A DNA stretch of 64,000 nt from Antedon mediterranea (taxonomy: Eukaryota > Animalia > Echinodermata), in the NCBI RefSeq assembly GCF_964355755.1, contig NC_092677.1:5416101-5480100 (forward strand), in the 5' to 3' direction. The translations under genes and the position numbers were made by a program. The notes beneath the pieces were generated by a model. The model ran no database searches. It was not told the origin of the DNA and saw only the letters and a list, made by a program, of their open reading frames with translations. The stretch's first letter is position 1, and each line of letters starts with the position of its first letter. Positions 1-12,300 of this stretch are shown here, piece by piece.

Positions 1-23
1 CATTATATTCTTTTAATGTTTAG

Positions 24-365
24 ATTTTCAAGCTAATTTGGTGACAGGATTTAACCAGATATCCAAAGAGGGTGATGCTGAAGTGGTGATAACTTGTGAT
101 TATTCACAATTTACTTCTACTGAACCAGATGGCATAAAATGGGATGAGCTAGATGAAGATGGAGTAAATATTAACCCAGGAATTGTGAATGACAAAAACA
201 AAGAAAGTGGACGTTTCAGTTTACACACTGATTCTGCTCATTTTAAAGCTAGCCTGGTGATCTCGCAACCTTTGAGAAATGATTCTCAGCGACGATTTCG
301 ATGTCAGATAACAACAAAAAGTGGCAATATTCAACATTCAAATCCTTCAATTCTAACTGTGTATT
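24..365 (+). CDS. Gene A exon: N-terminal V-type Ig domain
   Basis: tag|AT...T|gtgagt, phase 1-1. VITCDY...IKWDE...GRF...ASLVI...DSQRRFRC...LTVY. Clear paralog of 39027-39356. Confidence 0.9.
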
Positions 366-3300
366 GTGAGTAGATTGTTAAGTTTTGTTCTAATATCAAA
401 ACAGTGATATCCATCGTGCAACTGTACTGTACCTCAATACTGCAAATAGAAATCTTTTTAGCATGTACTCCACTATATTTTAATATAGTTTTAGGAAGGT
501 TCAATGTGGAACTCAATACACAAAATAGAAAAAGAAACAAAAAGTAAGAAACAAAACTATACCAGGTTTCATGATTTTTACACTGAAAATGCATTCTTAT
601 TTATATATTTTTTTCCTTTTGATAATCAGACTTGGATAGACCACTTGTCAATGCCTCAGAGAGTGCGGTCTACGAAGGTCAATCAGTGACCTTTACTTGT
701 AGTAAACCTGATGGTGATCCTATTCCTCACATTGCCTGGTATAAAGATGGACAGACAGTCAACACCAACAACACTTCTAGATATGAGATTGCAAATAACA
801 GTTCAGAGACAGTTCTTAAGATTAAATCTGCTACTGAAGAAGATGGTGGGAGGTATACATGTAAAGCAGAAAATGATCAGTTTAAAGGAGATGATGCTAA
901 AACAAGTGAAGGAAGACAGTTGACTGTAATTGTATATTGTATGTAAACAATAATATTGTTACAAAATAATAAAATTACACATTGCCATACAATGTCACAT
1001 ACTCACCACACATATCAATAAAAATATGTTATCAGGGAAAAAAGACAAATAATTTTTCCCCCACACACAAAAATAGTTTGTCCTGCATTTCAAATCTCTC
1101 AGTTTGGTAACTATGATGTCAGCATGTTAAGATGTGAAATTCATGTACATTTAGGGGGAAAATGGATGTTGTCAAAACAATATAGTTTATAGACTATATC
1201 TGATAACTTAACCAAATACAACTTCTACAAAGAAGCCTTTTGCCTTACTGTGTAAGATCTTCCTTCTTAAATGAAATCTGATTACCAAAAGTTTTATAGC
1301 AATCCACCCCAGAACATGCACAGTGGGCAAGAAGATTAATATAGATTTATAAAATAGTTCTGATAGATGTATTAGTGATGTAATTTTCCCCAAAAACATG
1401 AAAAACGAAGATTAATAAAAAAAGACTTTGAATACTATTTCATAGTTTCAATCAAGTTAATCACTTCCGTTAAAAAAACTAATATTTTCACTTATAAGAC
1501 AAAATACACAGTTAAAATCAACCAAAAATTTGACTATTTTTTGCTTTAAATTACTTTTTTTCAGGTAAATAATCTTTTTTTCAATCTACTTTTTGCTCAA
1601 AGTGTATCATTGAACTATTATGCATATTTAACAAAAACATTTAAGAAAATTATTTGTTCAGGGGGACAATATATCTTTAAATTCAACAAATTTTTCTAAA
1701 AAACTAAAACTAGTTAAGTTAATATAACCACTTGTTGGCGGATAAACAATTAATCCAAACGCACTGTACATGCATGTCACGTTTGTGCAGATAGCCTTGT
1801 CCAAAGTGATGATGAGTTCAAATCTAGTTTACATTGACATTAGCTGATCTTGTCTTTTTTTTTAGATATTTCTTTTACATCTAAAGATGGCATTGCAACA
1901 TGTACAGCAGAGGGCTATCCTAAGCCATTATCAGTATTGATATTGCAAGATGGAGAAGTGGTTAAGAAAGGAGAAAATACAGCAACAATAGAAATTAATG
2001 ATGAGATATGTCAATCAACTTTTACATGTCATGCAGAGAATGGAAAATTTAATGACACAATAACACTAAAGAACTGTAATGCAGGTAAATTTATTCATAC
2101 AGTGTACTGGTTTTATTAGGTGATCCGATCTACCAAGTGGATAACCTATTGTATTTGTAAGCAATCCTTTCTTATTAATTTTTTCACTCTCTTCACACAT
2201 CATTATCTCAACACATCATGTGTGTTTTGAATTTAGTATTCACTTGTTTCATTAGATGAATATAAAGTATTGTAGATCAGATTAATTTACATTTAGCTGA
2301 TATTATCTCTTTTTTAGATATCACTGTTACTTTTACATCTGAAGATGGTATTGCAACCTGTACAGCAGAGGGCCATCCCAAGCCATCATTTGTATTGATA
2401 TTACAAGATGGAGAAGTCGTTAAGAAAGGAGAAAATACAGCAACTATTGAACTTTCTATTAAGATGTGTCAATCACATCTTACATGTTTTGCAGAGAATG
2501 GAAAACTTAATGAAACAACAACACTGGAGAACTGTAACACAGGTAATACTGTATAACAAATTTGTTAAACTTATATTATTAAGTGGTTTAAAATTGAATA
2601 AAATTATCATATCAGGTCTGGAAAAACAAAGCACTTTATAACATGTTGCATGTGAGAGTCGACATACGCAAACTATTGCTACGTAAATATCTTTGATTTT
2701 GAGATTTTTCTGTGTTAAAATAAACCCTTTTTTTTTCACTATAAAGCAAACAATCTGACTGCATGCATCCCATATGTTGTTGCCTTAATTTAAACATAAA
2801 TGGTAAACATTGTTAAATGCTGGTTGTACAATATTACTGTTTAGTTCTCATTATTACTCAGTATGGTATCACAGTTATTTCATGGTGTATAACAATACAG
2901 TACTAACTTTACTGTAGCAATAACAATATTTTTTACATATAATTTCTAAGTAACCTTGTGCTAATACCCATTCACTTTGGCAGAATTTACTGGAATTGAT
3001 TGAGTATTTCTTTAAAATCACTTTAAAACTATTAAACCACATACTACACTACACATACACACTTTTATTGGAAACAAATGAATATAATTGTGTGTAAAAT
3101 TTACATAACATTTTACAAATCTTTTTAAATGCTATCGTGTGGAAATAAAATTGTTATTTTTTTAAACATTATTGGCACATATTTATATTAGTTTTTATAT
3201 ATCCACTGTACAATACAAATCTTTACACAGTGTCAGATGTTATAAACTTACACAATGATATAAAATAAAATTAAGAAACAAAATCATTTAACCAGATTTC

Positions 3301-6300
3301 AATATTAGACATCTAATACAAATTTATTATAAAAAACATTCCTAATACTGTACAAGAGCAATTAGAGAGTTGTAACCTCCACCTAGAGTAAAAAGAAACT
3401 GTGGTTTAAATGTGGTAAAGATCCGTCTTGTAGTTTTGCCTATGTAAAATAATAAATGTCATCCAAAATTGAGATCTTGGTCTGGATTGCCTCCAAAATT
3501 TAATGGAGTCATCCATGACCAATATCTATCTGTGGTTTAAATTTGGTCTTTTATTTACACACACACAGATATTGAAAATATAACCGCCTAGTAGGCGAAG
3601 GTAATAATAATGTTTTCCTGTTGATAATTAGACTTGGATCCACTTCTTGATGCCTCAGCAAGCACTGTCAACGAAGGTCAATCAGTGACCTTTACCTGTA
3701 GTATACCTGGTTATCCTATTCCTTACATTACTTGGTATAAAGATGGACAGACAGTCAACACCGACAACCCTTCTAGATATGAGTTTGTAAATAACAGTAC
3801 AGAGTCAATTCTTAAGATTAAATCAGCTACTGAAGAAGATGGTGGGAGATATACATGTAAAGCAGAAAGTGATCAGTTTAAAGGAAAGGATGCTAAAACA
3901 AGTGAAGGAAAACAGTTGACTGTAATTGAATATGGTATATGTATTATTATTATTGTTTTAAAAAATAATATAAAATTACACATTGTCATACAATGTCAGC
4001 ATCATTCATGATGGATATCTTCCTTGGTATATAAAATCCGATAACCAAATGTTTGAAAATAATAGGATCAGATTTATTTCTTCTGTGTGTGAATCTCTTA
4101 TTAAAACCAAAAACACTTTTTTTCTAAAATGTTTATAACTTTGCTCAACTTACGTCGTGAGGTGTTTTCCCGAATGATCGCACCATTAAAATGGGTATCA
4201 TCAACTACTGTAGCATTCATTTTCCCAACAATCATCCATTTGTAGCAGGCCTACAGTACCACATAGCTTTTTAATTGCATTTTACCATTTACTTTTAATT
4301 TGATTATTTATACATCTTCTATAAAATCTTTTTATTTAACCTCACCCTGACTTTACTTTCTTTTTTTAAGAATGTTAATTAACAGCAAACCACAGTAATT
4401 CTATTAATCCTAATTGGTCAGATAAGATGGGCCCAGCCTAATATTACTATTCACTGACCATAACAAACATTCCTTTCTCAACTAGCATCTTAGCATCTTT
4501 ATCAAATATCGTATATTGTATAATATTATCTATTTATAGAGAATCCTCACTGATTCGCTTGGAATAAATTACATATCTTACTTTATACATTTAGTTTATT
4601 TTACCATTGCGCTAACAATCATATACTAAAGTGGTGACCCTCAACTTTCTTTTACTGAACTTAACTTATTTATTAACTTAATTCATAGAAGTACTGATGA
4701 AGAAGTCAATCTGTGGCGACCATAGAATGGACCGGAGACCTGACTTTCTTCGACTTTTAAATAATAGAAAGTTTTGAATAGTTTGTTAGGATTTTATGTA
4801 AGATTGATAATTTCAAAACTAATAGACATTTTTCAATGAAAATGAAAGTTTACTTCATATCAAAAGTACAGTGATAATACTATACTACTTTCAATTTTTA
4901 ATTAGTTTGAGGAAATGACTTTAATTGAGGTTTATACCTCTTAAAAATAAATTTGTTTCTGCCAACTTACAAATTTAAAACAGCTGCGGATTGATGGCAG
5001 ATAAACACCAAATAAACTAGATGCATGATAGATTTTCTGGTTGTATAATATGCTATTTAATCAAACCTTTTGAAATAATAAAAAAAGAGTAAACACCATA
5101 ATTAACCAAGGTGTAATCAATTGCATGTCCCTATTATTTCAATCAACATTCATTTCTCAATTGAGAACATTTTGAAAAGAAATATTTCTGGCACATTGCT
5201 TTTGAAAAAAAAAAAACAATTCATACACAGGCATATAAGCGTATCTTTATAGAGATAGATTAATTTACTTGACATTAGCTTAACTTATTTTTTTTTTAGA
5301 TATTGCTGTTACTTTTACATCTGACGGTAGTTTAGCAACATGTACATCAGAGGGTTATCTCAAGCTATCATCAGTATTGATATTACAAGATGGAGAAGTG
5401 GTTAAGAAAGGAGAAAATGCAGCTACTATAGAAATAGATGATGAGATATGTCAATCAAATCTTACATGTTACGCAGAGAATGGACATCTTAATAAAACAA
5501 CAACACTAGAGAACTGTAATGCTGGTAAATATACTAAATTTATTATTGGTATTCGCTCAACCAAATGGGTTCTTCTTTCAGTGGGATTCATGGTGTCAAG
5601 TATAGTTTACTCAACATTTGTGTTTACACAATATCTCGAAACGAGAGTAATAGCATTGTTACAACCATTCTCATTTCGAGCTCATGTCTCATGGACGTCG
5701 CTTTCGATGCCCAGCATGTAGAACAAACCGGAAAAGAAATTCATTTTTGCCAGTGGCCATCCAACTCTTAAATTCTTTAACTTTGACTCTTGTTATATTG
5801 TACTGTGTATTGTGTATTGTGATATTTTTGTATATTTTGTAAGATCATTTTAATCCAGACCTTTTTATTTGAATTGCCCCGTGTGGGATGATTAACGAAT
5901 TTTGAATTGAAATTCACTAATATCATCATTTTAAATGATATATGCTTCTACAGGTTATTTCAATGAAAAGTGATTCATTAAACCTTGATGGAGGTTTTAA
6001 ATTGTTTTTTAATCATAAATGTATTTCCATAGAAATGGTGTTACTGTATATCATAGGCCTATATATAATTTATAGGTCTATGGTAATATCAATTCTGATA
6101 ATATATTTTTTATTGATAATTAATAGAAACAAGTACAGTTACACAAGAAGATTCAGGATCACTGTTCATCATCCTGATTGTTGTTGTGATTTTTGTTTGT
6201 CTGTTCATATGGTTACTGATTCTTGTTTGTAAGTAAAATGTACCCCTGAATTATTACTTTCTTAAGGTCACTTCTGATTGTATTGTAAATATTATTCACA

Positions 6301-9300
6301 AATTCCCTAATACTATATTTTAATGGATTATTATTATTATTACTATTAATGTTTTATAAATATTATTATACTATTGATAATAATAATAATGGTTCTCATT
6401 AAAAGTGACAAGTTTACAATAAAATAAACAGAAAAATAGATGAAAAAGTAAAACTGAAAGTATTAACATATTTAATACCAGGGAAAGTGAAATTTCAATT
6501 TAATTTCACTCCTCCCTTTTGGTTTCTATTCATTTTATATCTGCTGTAGTTTTTTAGATTAATAAAGAGAATTACATATAGACATGATTAAATAATGTAT
6601 TTATAAGATCTAGTTCACTTCTTTTTCATATGTAAAATCTCAAATATATAAATCAGCTGCATAGGCAGGACATCAATATCAAATAAGTTAAAACTGCCTC
6701 AATATATGTTTATTTGTACGACATTTTTCGGGCATAGCCCATCATCAGGTGAAGAGAATTGTAACAAGGGATGACATATATAAGTCACAAAATTACATAA
6801 TAAAACAAATCAGCCAATCAAAGATGTTAACCGTAAACAAAAGGCATAGTTATAAAGGCACGCCTCCAAAAGCTTTGGGGTATAAACCATGAAGTTTGGC
6901 AGTCAGCAAGCATAAAGTGTATATACGTAAAAAATGGAACGCCGTGGTTACCTACTGTATGTGTGGCTAGTATAGTGTATCATCATCATAGTAGAGGATA
7001 TGTTGATAATAATATAGTACACTATGTGTACTGTAGTGTACATTATAGCAACCTATTTTTTTTTCTAGGCCACATACCCACCCAACTGTATCAATACCTA
7101 TTTATATTTATATATTTAATTTCCTCAACAAATTGATGTAAATAAATATTGAGCTATAATAAGCATTACATTTTGCGCTTTTTCCGGGCTTAAACCCTAG
7201 ATGTATGTTCGCATTGAACTAAATAATGAAATTGGCAACAAAATGTTATATCGTCCTTCAATTAGTCACATGTTTATTGGAGGGAAAAAGTATGATCGTT
7301 TTGCTCATTGGTAGCATGCCACATTTGAGAGTGTCTTTTCCTGCAAATTAGAGGTGCCATTTATCATGAATTTTATGTGCGAGAGTACCATTTCCGGCCA
7401 TCTGGTGCGTCATTTAACAAAGTTTGCTTCGCCACATGTCCTGTCGACGGCCCGGGAAAAGCACCTTTTTCCACAAACACTGAATTGCGCGAAGCGCTCT
7501 GTTGTGACGCTACTCAAAAAAGGCCTATGTGGAAAATGTCACCATTTATTAGGCTAGTACCTCAATTTTCATATTTAAAATATCAATTTTTAATACATTT
7601 ATAATAACATGAGAGTGCCATTTCCGACCATCTAGAGGTGTTATATTTTAAAATTGTCTCAACTCACCCCCAATCATGGTGGGTCTAAGTTGGTGTGGAC
7701 TCTCTACAGTTGCCCTTTCACAAAATCATAGATCTGCCCATGGTTTAATAGACCATTTAAAAATGTCCTACAAACATATCACCCAACCTGCCAATATAAA
7801 GCATATTACATTTAGTACTCAAAATACAATAGACTAGATTTCTAGTGGTACAAGTACAGTAATATGATCTGTGATAACATAATTACCAGAAGGTCCTACT
7901 ATTTTGTTTGAAACGTAATTACATCTATTTCTATTACATTTGAATGTTCCTGTTGATTCATTAGTTTTGTTTTGTAATTTAGATTTAACTAAAGTGTCTT
8001 TAATGCTTTGATCACGTCTGTAAATCATATGTGGTTCTTAAAAAAAATATCCTTTGTAGCGGATTTATCTTCAGTCAAAATCGAAAAGTTATTGCGGACA
8101 ATGTTAATAACCTTCTTATTCATAGGATGATACGTGAGGACTAGAGGTATGCGGTCACAATGTGTCCTGCGTTTACTGGCAAACTTTTCTTTGAGAGTTC
8201 ACGGTAATGTCAAATGGATATTCGTGTGCTTAAAAAAAATCGATCATCTCAGATGCTTTTACGTTAAAGTCATCATCACTACATAAACGTCGAAGTCTAA
8301 CAAGTTGCGAATACGGTATAGCATTCTTACAAGCTGGAGGATGCGAAGAGTTGTAATTTAGATAAGTGTGCGCGTCAGTCTTTGTAGTGAACGGATGTAG
8401 AAAGACCAGGTTTATCAATAGATAAACTAATATCAAGGAAAGACACACACTTGTCAGAAATTTTATTGCAGTATGAAAATTATTCACGAAGTTAATGAAA
8501 TCATTAAGTTCATTTAAAGTTCCCGACATAACATCAACACAATCATCAATATACCGTTTAAATAAATCTGGTTTATTTCCCTTAAAATCTCGTAACACAT
8601 TCTGTTAAAAATAACCCATAAAGAGGCAAGCAAAATTAGGTCCCATTTTTGTACCCATGCTTTATCTCAGAAACTTGCCGAAAAAAGTTTCCATTGAAGT
8701 TGAAGGCTGTAGTATTAAGTACAAGTTCAGCAAGACGTAGTATTGTCGATGCGGGATATTAATTGAAGTACTGTATATAGTTCAATAAAATGTCTCATTG
8801 CGTTAAGTCCATCTTGAATAGGAATTGATGTGTATAAGGTCGTAACATCCATGTGAATTTATAATCCTTAAACAAAATTTACAGCTTCTTTTGATGTAAG
8901 TTGGCAGATTTTGTACAATTGGTTTCAAGATTCCATCCAAGAACTCGCTAATAACAACTGTAGGCGCGTTACAAGCGGATACAATAGGTCTACCAGGACT
9001 GTTAGTCTTGTGTATTTTAGGTAACATGTAAAAGTTAGGACAAGTGGCATCAGAATTACTCATACTATTTACAGTATTCTTAACAATAACAATGTCTGAA
9101 TCAGTAGGGTCGGCATCAAGGGGCTGATATACGTCAAGATTAGAAAGTTGTCTTTCTCCCTCTGTAATATATAGGTCCCTTCTCCAAACTACAGTAGCAC
9201 CACCTTTATCTGCTCATTTAATAACGTACTCATGATTACATTTAAGAGTTTTTCATACACATTTTCCGTTCTAAGACATGGATAAAGGGCAATTAAAAGG

Positions 9301-12300
9301 GCACTAGTATCGGACTTGTGGTTTAGGAGGAGATAGAGGAAAACATTTTGGCTTGTGCTATTATAATACAGATATACAAATAATTTATAATTTATTTAAT
9401 ATCATTCCTTTAATGAGTTATTTAATATCATTTACAATTTTTATTTCAGATTTTATGTATTACAAGAATATTGAGTGGAGCAATACAGATATTGATACAG
9501 TAACAGTTGAAGGTGGTGAACCAGTTGTGATGAGTTTTAAATACCGTCCAAGTATTGCAAGGATCAAGACAGTTGAAATAAAGAAAGAAGACAAGGTGAT
9601 TGGTTCAAATCAACAGCAATTCAGTAGTTGGAAAAAAGTCTGTCAGTTTGTCTGTTATTGCTGTGCTTACTTTTGTGGATTTTTTTGTATTGAATACTGT
9701 AACAAATCATGTAGGTTGTATTGGTTTTTGTTATTAAATATTTTAAAATTTATTTTGTAAATCTAATAGTTATTATGTGAGTTTTTGCTTCATGTTAATT
9801 TAGTATATAATGATAATATTAAATAATGGTAATATTGCTAAAAGTACAGTGAGCAAGTAACAGACATAAACCCCAACAGAATCACTGCTCTTACTCCATC
9901 ATTAATACCATTAAAATATACAAGATAATTAGTCAATATTTTTATTTCAATTTCATAGTTGCACCCCGCAATGCAAATGACCGCAGGTGAGTTTAGTTAC
10001 ATTGTATTTTGATTTATATGGAAATTTCAGTTTTAATGAATAATGAAACCTTTATTGAAAATCATAATATATTTATTTGGGATTGAAATTATGGAATTAG
10101 TTTTATTAGTTTAAAATGGTATATTATACAAATAATGAATGGCTATGAGTGAAATTATTTTTTACATTTCATGAATATGAAGAGGCAGCGCTTCAATTAT
10201 AGATGCGGAGTAGAATAATTATAGACTGTGCACACTACAGGTTGATCGAACGTGGTCAGTTAACAACAGCCTAGCATGCTCGTCACTCACTTGTGTAACA
10301 AAAATTAACATGCAGAACAAAATTGCAGACTTACTCGATTTACATAACAATAATATATATACTGTATATATTTATCTTGAATACAAAAGTATACAGTAAT
10401 ATTAAAGAGGGGGAAAATAAATAATTTCAGGTCAACAAATCATTATTGTGTTAACCCTACAGCGTTGGAAGTGGGGAAGAGTATAGTGCAGAGGTCCCTG
10501 TTCTTGTAGTTTAATATTATTATCTTGTATTGTGTTAACCCTACAGCAGTGGAAGTGGGGAAGAGTGTCAGATGATGGTGAATAAAAGTACTAAACAACA
10601 AGCAGCAGTCTCTGAATCAAAACAGGTTGGTTTAATAAAACTTATCAACTAATTTCAATTAAAATCCTGTTTTTCTTGAATTAAAAGTAAAACAATAAAT
10701 TTTGAGTTGACAAAGATAAAGAAAAAAAGCGACCTGTTTTACATAAACAAATTTCAATTATATATTTTTATTCACAACTTATTTAAACTTATGTTAAGTA
10801 ATTTATTTCCAATGTTTAGTTAAAGATTTATGTTTGCTTGCCATATCTTGGGCACAAAAGGATAACAATTGGTTTTCAACTTAGTTGGTTAAACAAGAAA
10901 TGAATGAATAAAATAAAAATCAGTAGGTCTGTTGGTATATCTGATAAAAAGTTAAAAAAATCAGAAACAACAACTTCTTATTGACGATGTTGTGCACACG
11001 CACAAAAACAGATTAAAGCAAGTATTTTAGTATTTGAAGTCCTCATTTCCATTGGTCTTATTTATATGTTGTTTGTTTAGAGTCGCTATCCAATCGAGTT
11101 TGAACAATACCGTGAAAGCCCCAGTGGTCTAACGGTTAGGACATCTGCATATCAAGTAGGCGGTCCGAGTTCGAGTCTCGGTTGGGGCGACTTTTTCTCA
11201 TTCTCACAGATTTCCTCATCTTTATCGTTTCAAATTAATTAATTAAATTTCAGTATATTACCGGGCGGTTTAGAATTAATGTTCTATGCCTGATTTGTTT
11301 ATATATATATATATATATATTTGTCTATTATTACCACCAAATGTCTGTTCTTGAATTGATTCAGTTGTATTTATACTATTTGTATGTTTGTATTAACTAC
11401 AAATAAATAGAGTTGTAAAAGTATATTTGTTTATTTATTCACAGAGAAGTCCTGATGGTGATGATGAAGATAGTAATCTTTTAGCAGAACGTCAAGGAAC
11501 ATCTGGTGTTAATGTGAAGGTAAACTTTGTTATTATTTTCTAGTATACTTATAAAGCTTCTGGTAGAAGAAATATTCTCTCTTTAATACTATTTATACAT
11601 TTCCAAAAATGAGTTAAAAAAAAAGAGAAAAGAAGTGTACATTAAATTATCATTATTAATTATTTTGCCATATAGTTCTATATATTCTAATAGATTTTAT
11701 TTGTTTATTTTTATTAATTGAACACATAGGATTGTTTTGTTAAAGCATTTTGTGGCTATTCGACTATATTTGCCCTTATGTTTTTTATGTATTATGTTAT
11801 TTTTTGTTTAATATAGCAAATGACTCAAGCAGGTAATGGTTAAATGTGTTTTTATATACAACAAAGCTTATATTGTATACATTGCTTACTCCTTCTGTAC
11901 TCGCATGGACTTTTTCAATCTCATCAATTTGACAAATGTCACTAGGTTTTTCTTTTCTTCTTTCTCTGATTGTTGGCTGGGTTGAGTTCTATCTCATAAA
12001 CGTTTTGAGGTTTAGAGTCTTTACTAACGGTAATTGACTAGCTCTCTGGCATTTCATTGTCTGGCATTGTAATTTTCACATGCTTACTTATTTTTCTGTC
12101 TTTGTAAAATTGAAAAAAAAACACCATTAATAGCTGATAGTTACCTGAATTTGGTCAACTTCTACTACAATATGTTATTTAATGCAAAATTAGTTTGTTT
12201 CTGTAGATAGTTGCATTTATACTGTATCATTAACTTATACTTCAAAGCAGTGATTTGTAATAGCCAGGCTGGATGGCAATCTATAGTGTTATCCATGGAG

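Noticed and set aside
4694-4755. CTGATGA followed by an inverted repeat (possible second hammerhead)
   Set aside because: The required GAAA box is missing after the stem.
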